In this document: positions 19,880 through 29,938 of the stretch, piece by piece
Layout: each line of letters opens with the position of its first letter
How positions within the stretch are numbered: the stretch's first letter is position 1
Assembly: GCA_963701965.1 (NCBI GenBank)
Contig: OY969695.1
Span: 4,192,001 to 4,256,000, forward strand
Source of the DNA: an uncultured Gemmatimonadales bacterium
GTDB taxonomy: Bacteria > Gemmatimonadota > Gemmatimonadetes > Gemmatimonadales > Gemmatimonadaceae
DNA: 64,000 nt
Direction: 5' to 3'
Notes under the pieces: generated by a model
Seen by the model: only the letters and a program-made list of their open reading frames with translations
The model's database searches: none
Told to the model about the DNA's origin: nothing
Made by a program: the position numbers and the translations under genes

Positions 19880-20711
19880 GGGAAGAAAGGATAAGGCCGC
19901 GGATCGCGAAGGATTGGAGAAACGCGACAGGGCAGTTCGCGCCGTGCTGCGGCCAACGGATGCCCCGATTCGTCTCACTCACGTTCCGCCTGCCGAGGAT
20001 CTCCGGCCCTACGTCGCGCTCTATTGGATCGTCGAGTGGGACGCGCGCGACCCGTACGTGCAAGAGACGCTGCCGCATCCCTGCGTGCACCTGGTGGTGC
20101 AGGGGCATCAGGGACTCGCGTACGGTGTCGTCAAAGGCAAATTCTCGATCGTGCTCCAGGGTCGGAGTCGCGCGTTCGGCATCAAGTTCCGTCCGGGCGG
20201 GTTCTATCCATTCCTGCGCGGGCCGCTGTCCCGGCTCACCAATCGCACGGAGCCTGTGAGCGCGTTCTTCGACGTCAATGCCGCGGCGCGCTTCACTGGC
20301 GCACCGGATGTGGCGTCGGCCGAGCATCTGCTGCGCGGCGCCCGGCCGCGACGCGCCGCCGCGGCGGAGACCGCCGGCCAGATTGCCGAAGCCATCGCCG
20401 ACGACCGCACGCTCACGACGGTTGACGGCGTGGCGACGCGGTTCGACGTGCCGACGCGGGCGCTGCAGCGGATGTTTTCCCGGTACATCGGTGTGAGCCC
20501 CAAGTGGGTCATCAACCGGTATCGGCTCCACGAAGTCGTCGAGCGGTTGACGCGCGGCGAGACGGTCGATTGGGCGCGCCTGGCGGCGGACCTCGGGTAC
20601 TTCGACCAGGCGCATCTTATTCGCGACTTCAAGGCCGTCGTCGGCCAGACTCCGGGAGCCTACGAGCGCCAACGCGTAGTTGGCATACCGAAAAACGGCG
20701 TGTCGCGGTAG
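19878..20711 (+). CDS. AraC-family transcriptional regulator (DUF6597-type N-terminus); start uncertain
   Basis: YWIVEWD, LPHPCVHL, RALQRMFSRYIGVSPKWV and GYFDQAHLIRDFK motifs. Confidence 0.9.
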   Translation: MGRKDKAADREGLEKRDRAVRAVLRPTDAPIRLTHVPPAEDLRPYVALYWIVEWDARDPYVQETLPHPCVHLVVQGHQGLAYGVVKGKFSIVLQGRSRAFGIKFRPGGFYPFLRGPLSRLTNRTEPVSAFFDVNAAARFTGAPDVASAEHLLRGARPRRAAAAETAGQIAEAIADDRTLTTVDGVATRFDVPTRALQRMFSRYIGVSPKWVINRYRLHEVVERLTRGETVDWARLAADLGYFDQAHLIRDFKAVVGQTPGAYERQRVVGIPKNGVSR

Positions 20712-20722
20712 ACTCCTGCCCC

Positions 20723-22208
20723 ATGCGCCGGCCCTCGTTGTTGATCGCCACCGCGCTCTTTGCCGGTGCGCCCGCCCCATCGCCCGGACAGGCGTCGGTC
20801 GCGGCGCTCGACTCGGCCGTCCGGCGCACGATGGCCCGCGAGCGCGTCGTGGGCGCGTCGGTGCTGGTGGCCCGCGGTGGTGCCGTCATTCTCCATCGCG
20901 GCTACGGATTGGCCGATCTCGGACTTCGGGCGCCGGCCCGCGACGAAACGGTGTACCACGTGGTCGGTCCGATGCTGCCGTTGACGGGGATCGCCGTGCT
21001 GCAACAGGTGGAGCGCGGCCGGCTGTCGCTCGACGATGACATCGCGACGTACGTGCCGGAGTTCCCAATGCAGGGACACCACGTCACGATTCGCCAGCTC
21101 CTCAATCACACGTCAGGGATCGTCGACTACCACTACCTCGGCGACCCGATCGAGGCCACGAGCCGCGCAACCCAAGGCCCTCGACGAAGTCGTGGCGCTG
21201 TACGCCGGCAAGCGCTGGGTCAATGAGCCCGGCGCCAAGTGGGATTGGTCCATCTCCGGGTTCTCCCTCCTGGTGACGATCGTCGAGCGCGTCACCGGCC
21301 AATCGTTTCCCGACTACGTACGCGAACACATTATCGCTCCGGCCGGCGTGCGGTCGACGACCTACTGCGACGAGGAAGCGGTCGTTCCTGACCTGGCCCA
21401 CGCCTACCGCAAGAAGAACGGCGGCTACGCGCCGGCCAACGAGTCGGACATGGCGTACAACGCCGACCTCCGGTTCTGCAGCACGGTCGCGGACATCTAC
21501 GCGCTGTGGACCGCGATCCGGGAGAAGCACCTCGTGAGCGCCGAGACCTGGACCCGCATGACGACGGCGGAAGGCGCGGCGGCGCACATGAACCCGCGCG
21601 ACCCGCAAGCGCAGTATGGATTCGCCGTCACCATCAATCACGAAGACGATCACCGCCGCATTGGCCAACACGGGTCGCTCCTCGGCTACAGTGGCAGCCT
21701 GTATGAGTTTCCGGACGACCATCTGACGATCGTCGTCCTGACCAACACCGAGGACCAGAACGCCTACGCCATCACGCGCAATGTCGCCCGCGTGGCCCTG
21801 GGACTGCCGCCGCTGCCGGCGACTGCCGTCCTGCCGGATCCGACCCTCGCCGACACGCCAGTCGACTCCGCGGAACGCCGGCGGCTCGCCGGCACGTTCG
21901 TCCTCAAACTCGACCGGCTGACGCCGGGATTGCACGACTCGTTCGCCCAATACCGCCGGACCTATCGCGTGTTCGATGAGAACGGCCGGCTCATGATCGA
22001 GCCCCTCGGCGAGGCGCCGCGGCGGCTGCTCAAGCAACCCGATGGCAGCTTCGCCACCCGCTCGACGCCGCGCGATCGCATCGCGTTCGTCGTCGCCGAT
22101 GGCCGAGTGACCGGCATGCGAATGGACTCCCAGGCCTACGGGGTGCCCCTCTCCGGCGATCGGGTCGGCAATGGCGACCCGTCCACTTTCCACGACCAAC
22201 TCCACTAA
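20723..22208 (+). CDS. Beta-lactamase/serine hydrolase fold protein with substituted catalytic motifs; +1 frameshift near 21167
   Basis: Two ORF halves join as ...TIRQLLNHTSGI...EATSR/QPKALDEV...EPGAKWDWS. SxxK and YxN are replaced. Confidence 0.85.
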
Positions 22209-22209
22209 C

Positions 22210-23634
22210 ATGCGCACGGCGTACCAGTTCCTCGTCGCGCTCCTGCCGACGGTCATGTCCGCGCAGACGGTGACCCTGTCGCCGGAAGTGCGGAAGTACG
22301 TCACCGTCGACGCACCGGTGGTCGCCATTCAACATGTGCGCATCATCGACGGCACCGGCGCTCCGGCCCGCGCGGACCAGACGGTCGTGATCGAGGGGGG
22401 TCGCATCGTGGATGTCGGCGACGCCGGGGCGGTGACCGTGCCTGCCGGCGCCAAGGTGCTCGACCTCCCGGATCATACGGTGATGCCGGGATTGGTCATG
22501 GTGCACGAGCACATGTTCTACCCGACCGGCGGCGTGTCGCTCTACAACGAGCATGGCTACAGCTTCCCGCGACTCTATCTGGCGGGCGGCGCCACGACGA
22601 TCCGGACCGCCGGCAGCATGGAGCCGTACACGGACCTCAACGTCAAGCACATGATCGACACCGGCGCCGTGCCCGGCCCGGCAATGGACGTGACGGGGCC
22701 CTATCTCGAGGGGCCCGGACTGTCGCTGTATCAGGTCCACGCCCTGACGTCGCCGGAGGATGCGACGGAGATGGTCCGCTACTGGGCAGATCACGGCGCC
22801 ACGTCGTTCAAGATGTACATGAACATCACCCGCGCCGAGATGTCCGCCGTGCTCGCCGAGGCACACCGGCGGGGGCTCAAGGCCACCGGGCATCTGTGCT
22901 CCGTGACGTTTCGCGAAGCGGCGACGCTGGGCATCGACAACTTGGAGCACGGGTTGGTAGTGTCCACCGACTTCGTGCGGGACAAACAGCCCGACGTCTG
23001 CCCCAAATCCAAGGTCGTCACCGCCTCGATCGCCGCGCTCGACATCGCCGGCGACTCGGCCACCGCGCTCATTCGCTATCTCGTCGCCCGGCACGTGGCC
23101 CTCACGTCGACATTGGCGATCTTCGAGACGTTCGCGCCGCACCGGCCCACGATCTACCCGCGCGCGCTCGAGGCGATGACCGCCGAGGCGCGCGCCTCCT
23201 ATCTCCAAGGGCGCGCCCGGATCGGCGAGGATACGTCGACCCTGTGGACGGTGCTGCTGCGCAAGGAAATGCAGTTCGAGCGCGCGTTCGCAACCGCCGG
23301 CGGATTACTGCTCGCGGGGTCCGATCCCACCGGCTACGGTGGCGTTGTCCCCGGCTACTCGAACCAACGGCAGATCGAGCTCCTGGTCGAGAGCGGGTTC
23401 ACGCCCGTCGAGGCGATCCATATCGCGACGCTGAACGGCGCCCAGTATCTGCATCTCGCCGATCGGGTCGGGTCGATCGCCAAGGGTAAGCGGGCCGATC
23501 TCCTCATCGTGCGCGGCGATCCAACCGCGCGCATCGCGGACATCGAGAACGCGGAGTTGGTGTTCAAGGACGGCATCGGGTACGACTCGCAGAAGCTCTT
23601 TGAGTCAGCGCGGGGCACCGTCGGCTTGCACTGA
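22210..23634 (+). CDS. Amidohydrolase (imidazolonepropionase-like), secreted
   Basis: IIDGTG, PGLVMVHEH, TGHLC, LEHG, AGSD and GSIAKGKRADL motifs. Confidence 0.9.
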   Translation: MRTAYQFLVALLPTVMSAQTVTLSPEVRKYVTVDAPVVAIQHVRIIDGTGAPARADQTVVIEGGRIVDVGDAGAVTVPAGAKVLDLPDHTVMPGLVMVHEHMFYPTGGVSLYNEHGYSFPRLYLAGGATTIRTAGSMEPYTDLNVKHMIDTGAVPGPAMDVTGPYLEGPGLSLYQVHALTSPEDATEMVRYWADHGATSFKMYMNITRAEMSAVLAEAHRRGLKATGHLCSVTFREAATLGIDNLEHGLVVSTDFVRDKQPDVCPKSKVVTASIAALDIAGDSATALIRYLVARHVALTSTLAIFETFAPHRPTIYPRALEAMTAEARASYLQGRARIGEDTSTLWTVLLRKEMQFERAFATAGGLLLAGSDPTGYGGVVPGYSNQRQIELLVESGFTPVEAIHIATLNGAQYLHLADRVGSIAKGKRADLLIVRGDPTARIADIENAELVFKDGIGYDSQKLFESARGTVGLH

Positions 23635-25008
23635 TCCGCCCAGGATCTCCCAGCAGCGGGCCCACGCCTCGAGACCCTCGTGCAGGCGATGGATGCGGAA
23701 GAACTCATTCGGCGCGTGGTAGTCTTCGTCGGCCGTGGAGAACGAGAAGAATACCGTCGCCACGCCCATGTGCCGATCGAACAGCTCGGCGATCGGTACC
23801 GTGCCGCCCATGCGCACGATCGCCGGCGGCACGCCGTACACGGCGCGCAACGCCTCGCCGGCCGCCCGCAACGCGTAGTGGTCCACGGGGATGTGCGCCG
23901 GCCGAGCGCCATGATCGCCCGGCACGATCGAGAGCCGCGTGCCCGGCGGCACCTGCGCCTCGAGGTGCCGCGCCACGAGCCCCACCACCTCGGCCGGATC
24001 CTGATCCGGCACCAGCCGGCAGGTGATCTTGGCGTGGGCCTCGCTCGGGATCACGGTCTTGTGTCCCGGCCCTGAGTACCCGCCCCACATCCCGTTGACT
24101 TCGATCGTCGGTCGCGTCCACTGGCGCTCCAGGGTCGTGTATCCGGGCTCGCCGAACGCTGCCGGCGCGCCGACCTGTGCCAGATAAGCGCGCTCGTCGA
24201 ACGGCAGCGCCGCGATTGCTGCGCGTTCGTCGGCGCTGAGCGCGCGTACGCGATCGTAGAAGCCGGCGACGGCGATGCGTCCTTCGGGCGTGTGAAGCGT
24301 GGCGATGAGGCGCGCCAGCGCGTGCAGCGCGTTGGCCACGCCACCGCCGTGGCGACCCGAGTGCAGATCCTTGGACGCCCCCGTGAGCGTGATCTCGAGC
24401 CCCGCCAGCCCGCGGCTGGCGACGGTCAGCGATGGCTCGTCGACCCGCCACATCGCGCCATCCGCCGACAAGACGACATCGGCGGCGAGCAAGGCCGCAT
24501 TGTCCCGGATGAACGCGTCGAGGCTCGGACTCCCGATCTCTTCCTCGCCTTCGAACAGGCATTTGACGTTGAGGGGCAGGCCGCCAGTCGTCGCGAAGAA
24601 CGCCTCGGCGACTTTGATCGGGATCACCATCGGGGCCTTGTCATCGGACACGCCGCGGCCGTACAGTCGCCCATCGCGCACGGTGGGCGTCCACGGTGGA
24701 CTGTGCCACCGCTCCAGGGGATCGGGCGGCTGCACGTCGTAGTGGCCGTACACGAGCACCGTCGGCCGCCCCGGCGCGCCCCGCCATTCCGCGTAGACGA
24801 CCGGGTTGCCGGCCGTCGGGATCGTGCGGGTCGTGAAGGGTCCGGCGCTGGTGACCGCCGCGGCCACCCAGCGCGCCGCGTTCTCCACATCGGCGGCGTG
24901 CGCGGGATCGGTGCTGACGCTGGGAATGGCGGCGAACTCGATCACCTCGGCCAGGATGCGTTCGTGGTGCGCCCGGAGATGCGCGAGCACGCGCGCGATC
25001 GTCGTCAC
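23605..25008 (-). CDS. M20 family dipeptidase
   Basis: YGHYDVQP, GRGVSDDK, EGEEEIGS, DLHSG and HAPNE motifs. Confidence 0.92.
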   Translation of the reverse strand: MTTIARVLAHLRAHHERILAEVIEFAAIPSVSTDPAHAADVENAARWVAAAVTSAGPFTTRTIPTAGNPVVYAEWRGAPGRPTVLVYGHYDVQPPDPLERWHSPPWTPTVRDGRLYGRGVSDDKAPMVIPIKVAEAFFATTGGLPLNVKCLFEGEEEIGSPSLDAFIRDNAALLAADVVLSADGAMWRVDEPSLTVASRGLAGLEITLTGASKDLHSGRHGGGVANALHALARLIATLHTPEGRIAVAGFYDRVRALSADERAAIAALPFDERAYLAQVGAPAAFGEPGYTTLERQWTRPTIEVNGMWGGYSGPGHKTVIPSEAHAKITCRLVPDQDPAEVVGLVARHLEAQVPPGTRLSIVPGDHGARPAHIPVDHYALRAAGEALRAVYGVPPAIVRMGGTVPIAELFDRHMGVATVFFSFSTADEDYHAPNEFFRIHRLHEGLEAWARCWEILGGSVQADGAPR

Positions 25009-25767
25009 TTGCCGCCGTCGATCGACAGGACCTGGCCGGTGATCCAGTTGGCATCGGCGGAGGCGAAGAAGAGCACGCCGTAGGCAATGTCATCAGGAGT
25101 GCCGAGGCGCCGGAGCGCGATGCCGTCGAGGAGCGCGCGTTGGCCATCGGCCCCATACGACTCCCACTGCCGCTCGGTCGTCGGGTTGGACCGCACGAAT
25201 CCCGGAGCGATGGCGTTGACGGTGATGCCCCAGGGCCCGAGCTCGTGGGCCAGCTGCCGTGTGAGGCCGATCTGCGCGGCCTTGGCCAATGCGTAGGCCT
25301 GGATGCCGGTGAGGCTGATCCCGAGTCCCGCGCCGCTCGAGAATGTTGACGATCCGCCCGCGGCGCGCCGCCTTCATGCCTGGCGCGACCGCTTGCGCGC
25401 AGTAGAACGCGGCGCTCACGTTGACGTCGAAGATGCGCTGCCACTCCTCCGGCGTGACGTCTTCGAGCGGCCGCCCCACCTGACCCAAGACCCCTCCGGC
25501 GTTGTTCACCAGGACATCGACGCGGCCCGTCGCCGCCGCCGCGTCGGCGACAAAGGTCTGGATGGCGAGGGGGTCGCGCACATCGGCGGCGCGTACCGAG
25601 CAGATGCCGCCGGCGGCGACCGCGAGGCGCGCCGTCTCGCGCAGCTCGTCTTCGAGCACGTCGCAAGCCCACACGCGCGCGCCGCGTTGCGCGAACGCCA
25701 GGCTGATGGCGCGTCCGAACCCGTGGGCGGCGCCGGTGACCAGGATTGTCTGGTCTTGAAACATCAT
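25005..25767 (-). CDS. SDR oxidoreductase; apparent frameshift at ~25342
   Basis: VTGAAHGFG and LVNNAGG, then after removing one base IVNISSGAG...IQAYALAK...VNAIAPG. ATGA overlap with the upstream gene. Confidence 0.9.
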
Positions 25768-26780
25768 GGGACGTGAGACTCGGCGAGCGCGGCCAGGGTA
25801 TCGAGCGAGAGGGGACGGACGCCGTTCTCCACGTCGTGGATCAACGCGACGAGGCGGGCCGTGAGCGGTGTGGCGACGCCCTCTTCCTGAGCCAGGGTCA
25901 CGACAATGCCGAGTTGGGCATCCACCTCCGTCCGACGCTGCCGGACCGCCAGATCGCGCCAGATGCCACTGTGCGATTTGGCCGAACGCCGATTGTGGGC
26001 CACCAGCGCATCGAGCGAGCGGGCCGCGGCCCCGACCGGTGCCATTGGCAAGTACGCCGCCGGCTCGAATCCATCGAACCCCTCGAGCGCGACAGCGCGC
26101 GCGCAGGCCACCGCGAGTATCTCGCGGACCAACGCGATGTAGAGTCCGCGATACTGGGGCATGGCCAGCGCATCGGCGATGGACTCGTTGGTGAGCGCCG
26201 TGGCGAACAACATCGCGCCGTAGGCCTCTTTGCCCCACAGGTAACCCCAAATGTTCGGTGTGACGGTCGCGCGGCTGTCGAAATCGCGCCACGCATCACG
26301 GATCGCCGTCGCCCGCGTCGTGATGCGCCAATCGATCTCACCGACCACCACCGCGCCCCGGCCGCCATAGTGAATGATGCCGGGTTCCAGATAATCGGCG
26401 CCGAAGTTGACGAACGCGCCCACGGTGCGTTCGTGCCCGACGATGGCGGCGATGGCTAGCTCATTGAGTCCGTTCTGCGCCGAAATCACGCAGCCGTTGG
26501 CGGTCAGGTGCGGGGCGAGCGCGCGCACGGCGGTTTCGGTGTGGTGCGCTTTGGTCGCCAGGATGATCGTGTCCCAGTGCCCAGTCAGGGCGTCGGGCGT
26601 GAATGCTGGCGCGCGCACGGTGAACGTCGACAACGGGCCCGTGATGCGTAAGCCCCGGCGCCCGATCGCCGCGACATGCTCGGCCACCGTATCGACGAAC
26701 GTCACGTCGTGGCCCGCGCGCGCCAGATGCGCGCCCATGGTGCCGCCGATAGCGCCGGCGCCCCAAACGAGAGACCGCAT
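25764..26780 (-). CDS. Ketopantoate reductase (PanE/ApbA) family
   Basis: GAGAIG, LATKA, SAQNGL, WGKE and SGIWRDL...RTEVD motifs. Confidence 0.9.
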   Translation of the reverse strand: MRSLVWGAGAIGGTMGAHLARAGHDVTFVDTVAEHVAAIGRRGLRITGPLSTFTVRAPAFTPDALTGHWDTIILATKAHHTETAVRALAPHLTANGCVISAQNGLNELAIAAIVGHERTVGAFVNFGADYLEPGIIHYGGRGAVVVGEIDWRITTRATAIRDAWRDFDSRATVTPNIWGYLWGKEAYGAMLFATALTNESIADALAMPQYRGLYIALVREILAVACARAVALEGFDGFEPAAYLPMAPVGAAARSLDALVAHNRRSAKSHSGIWRDLAVRQRRTEVDAQLGIVVTLAQEEGVATPLTARLVALIHDVENGVRPLSLDTLAALAESHVP

Positions 26781-26795
26781 CGTTGGTGCGCGTCC

Positions 26796-27515
26796 CTACG
26801 ACGCGTCGCCCCAGCCGCTCACCAGCAGCGCCCGCGTCTCGTCGACCGCGACCCGCCACAGCGCGGCGGTGTCCTCGTCGGATCGTTGATAGAGGCCGCC
26901 GTAGTTGCCGTCGCCAATGTACTGGCGGAGCGCGACTGGATCGAGGGTCCGCACCCGCGCCAGATCGACCATCGGTCGCTGGACCGCGGGCACCGCGACC
27001 GCCGGCAGCCGTGTCCAGGGAAAGTTCTCCATCCACGACCCGTGAGACGCTACGGGATCGATCTCCTGCACCTTGGCCCACGTGCGCGGCGCGTTCCACC
27101 AGTTGTGAAAGACCACGCGGCAGTCCGGGTGATCGGCGGCCCACTCCTGGGCAAAGGGTTGGGCGGCGCTGTTGCCGCCATGTCCGTTGACCATCAGAAT
27201 GCGGCGAAAACCGCTATGCGCCAGACCATCGAGGATGTCGCGGACGACGCGCAGGTGGGTGTCCACGCGGAGGGAGATGGACCCGGGGAAGGCCCGGAAG
27301 TACGGCGTGACGCCGTAGGCCACGACGGGAAACACCGGGATGCCCAGTGGCTCGGCGGCCTCCGCGGCGACCCGCTCCGGGAGGATGCAGTCGACGGTCA
27401 GGCGCAAAAAGCTGTGCTGTTCCGTGCTCCCGAGGGGCAGCACCGCGCGGTCGTCCCGCCGGAGGTACTCCTCGACCTGCATCCAGTTCATGTCGCCAAT
27501 GCGCACGGCCCTCAA
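26796..27515 (-). CDS. Creatininase family protein (start may be GTG 27506)
   Basis: LPLGSTEQH, VNGHGGN and HGSWME motifs. Confidence 0.9.
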   Translation of the reverse strand: MRAVRIGDMNWMQVEEYLRRDDRAVLPLGSTEQHSFLRLTVDCILPERVAAEAAEPLGIPVFPVVAYGVTPYFRAFPGSISLRVDTHLRVVRDILDGLAHSGFRRILMVNGHGGNSAAQPFAQEWAADHPDCRVVFHNWWNAPRTWAKVQEIDPVASHGSWMENFPWTRLPAVAVPAVQRPMVDLARVRTLDPVALRQYIGDGNYGGLYQRSDEDTAALWRVAVDETRALLVSGWGDAS

Positions 27516-27568
27516 TTTACCCGGGGAGGGGTGCTAGCGCCCGCCCGTACGCGGGGGTATTCTCGCGC

Positions 27569-29638
27569 ATGTTCCGCTACGGCTTCCTGCTTCTGATCGT
27601 GGCCACTGCCGCGTGTACCCGGCACGCCAATGCCCCCTCGCTCGTCGGCGACTGGGATGCCTATATCGCCGACGGGTCGGTCGCGCATCCCGGGTTCGAG
27701 GGTTGGCGGCGCCGGGGGTTCGCGCACTTCGCCACGAGCGACGCGGGGCCGGTCGGCTCGATCCGCCGGCGCACTGGCGAGCCGATCCTCGAGGTTATCG
27801 GGGTCGCGGTGCGCGCCGACTCGGTGATCTTGAACAGTGGTCCGGCGTCACTCGCGGCCGCTTGGCACGGCGACACCCTGACCGGCGTAATGCTGGCCGG
27901 TGGTGTGCCGCAGGGCCAGCGCCTGCGGCTCGTCCGCCGCGCCACGCCGTTCGTGGTCGAGCAGCCGTACCCGCTGTGGCCGGGTCCCGTATCGGACTCG
28001 CAGTATGCGGTCACCGAAGACACGCTCGTCTTCATGAAGACCCGGGATGGGGCGCGGCTCGCGAGCTACATCGCCCGCCCGGTCGGCCCAGGACCGTTCG
28101 GCGTGGTGCTCCAGCGCACGCCATACACGCGGATTCTGCATCCGGCGGGCCGGTATTGGGCGTCGCGGGGTTACATCTTCGTCGCCCAGCACGTGCGCGG
28201 CCGCGACGTGTCGGACGGCAACAACTTTGGCGACTACGACACCAATGTGCTGGACGGTTACGACGCCGTCGAGTGGGCGGCGCGGTTGCCCGGCGCCAAT
28301 GGGCGGGTGGGGTTGATCGGCCATTCCGACGAGGGGCGGCTCGCGTGGTACGCGGCCGTGAGCGCTCCGCCGCATCTCGCGGCCATCGCGCCGTCGGCGG
28401 CCTCCGGCGATCCCTGGCGCATCGTGCCGTACGAGGACATGGTGTTTTCCCCGATCAATGTGGCGTGGGCCTGTCTGATGCGCGCCCGCACCCTGGAGAA
28501 CATCAACGATCTCGATGTCGGCCCCGCGCTCGAGCACCTGCCGCTCTCCGCGTTACCGCGCGAACTCGGCTGCGGGGACGTGCCGCTCTGGGATCGGTGG
28601 ATCGCGCATCCCACCCTCAATGCCTATTGGCGCGCCCACGCGGTGACCACGAACATCGCCAAGATGCGGGCGCCCGTGCTGCAGATCTCGGGGTGGTACG
28701 ATGACTCTCGCGGGCCGATCGACTATACGAATGCGTTGAACAAGGTGCCGGGGCATCCCGCCATCCGCCTGGTCATGGGACCGGGCGCGCACAAAGGGGT
28801 CGATTACGTGACCGGCACGTTTGGGCCCGAATCGCGTGTCGACACGCGGCGGCTCCAACTCCGGTGGTTCGACCACTATCTGCTGGGGAAGGACAACGGT
28901 GTCGATCGGGAGCCGCCGGTCGACGTGTTCGTGTTCGGTAACGACAAGTGGCGGCAGGAAGCGGCGTGGCCGCTGGCCCGCGCCGTGCCGACGAATTGGT
29001 ACCTGACGTCCGGCGGCCGGGCGAACACGAGCACGGGCGACGGCGTGCTCGACACGGTGGCGCCGACCGCCGCCGCCGTTGCGGCCGACACGTTCACGTA
29101 CGACCCCGCGCACCCGACGCCCTTTCTCATCGATTCGCGCGAGCTCGAGACGTCGTTGAATGAAGACTACGCGGCGCTCAACGCCAGACGCGCCGACGCG
29201 TTGGTGTTCACGTCGCGGCCGTTCACGAAGCCGGTCGAGGTGACCGGGCCAATGTCGGCGACGCTGTGGGCGGCGACGGACGCCAAGGACACGGACTGGA
29301 ACGTCATGTTGCTCGACGTGTTTCCCGACGGGCATGCCGAGCGGGTGCAGGACGGCGTGGCGCGGGCGCGATTTCGGCGGGGGTTCGATCACGCCGAGTT
29401 GCTGACGCCGGGCAGCGTCGAGCGGTACGACATCGATCTCTGGTTCACGTCCCGCGTGTTCGAGCCCGGGCATCGCGTGCGGGTGGCCGTTTCGTCGGCA
29501 TTGTTCCCGAAGTACGATCGTAACCTCAATACCGGCGGTAACAACGAGCGCGACAGCACGTTCGTGGTTGCGCATCAACGGATCGTGCATGACGCGGCCC
29601 ACCCGTCGCACGTGGTGCTCCCGGTGATTCCGCGCTAG
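27569..29638 (+). CDS. CocE/NonD (S15) family hydrolase, probable lipoprotein with an extra N-terminal domain
   Basis: LIVATAAC lipobox-like segment; MKTRDGARL, LQRTPY, VRGR, GHSDEG, GWYD, TFTYDP and FPKYDRNLNTG motifs. Confidence 0.9.
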   Translation: MFRYGFLLLIVATAACTRHANAPSLVGDWDAYIADGSVAHPGFEGWRRRGFAHFATSDAGPVGSIRRRTGEPILEVIGVAVRADSVILNSGPASLAAAWHGDTLTGVMLAGGVPQGQRLRLVRRATPFVVEQPYPLWPGPVSDSQYAVTEDTLVFMKTRDGARLASYIARPVGPGPFGVVLQRTPYTRILHPAGRYWASRGYIFVAQHVRGRDVSDGNNFGDYDTNVLDGYDAVEWAARLPGANGRVGLIGHSDEGRLAWYAAVSAPPHLAAIAPSAASGDPWRIVPYEDMVFSPINVAWACLMRARTLENINDLDVGPALEHLPLSALPRELGCGDVPLWDRWIAHPTLNAYWRAHAVTTNIAKMRAPVLQISGWYDDSRGPIDYTNALNKVPGHPAIRLVMGPGAHKGVDYVTGTFGPESRVDTRRLQLRWFDHYLLGKDNGVDREPPVDVFVFGNDKWRQEAAWPLARAVPTNWYLTSGGRANTSTGDGVLDTVAPTAAAVAADTFTYDPAHPTPFLIDSRELETSLNEDYAALNARRADALVFTSRPFTKPVEVTGPMSATLWAATDAKDTDWNVMLLDVFPDGHAERVQDGVARARFRRGFDHAELLTPGSVERYDIDLWFTSRVFEPGHRVRVAVSSALFPKYDRNLNTGGNNERDSTFVVAHQRIVHDAAHPSHVVLPVIPR

Positions 29639-29673
29639 TATCCCACCATCTCCATCGGCTCAGGGAGGTTCGT

Positions 29674-29934
29674 ATGTGGCGATATGGATTGTCCGCAGTG
29701 GCAATGTTCGCTTTCACGGTATCCGCGGGCGCTCAGCAGTCGGCCCCACCGGCGCCTCAGACTCCGACGTCACCGGAAGCCCTGTACGTGATCGACGGGA
29801 CGATCGTGTACATCCAAAGCCCGGCACAGGCCGCAGAGGTTTCTGTACCGGCCCAGGCGCTGGGTTTCTACGTCATTGACGGGACGATCGTGTTTCCGAT
29901 CGTAGTTCCGGAGCCGCCGAAGTCATCGCCGTAA
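29674..29934 (+). CDS. Small secreted protein with two YVIDGTIV repeats
   Basis: GGAGG RBS and a signal peptide ending ASAGA; ALYVIDGTIVY and GFYVIDGTIVF repeats. Confidence 0.65.
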   Translation: MWRYGLSAVAMFAFTVSAGAQQSAPPAPQTPTSPEALYVIDGTIVYIQSPAQAAEVSVPAQALGFYVIDGTIVFPIVVPEPPKSSP

Positions 29935-29938
29935 CGCG

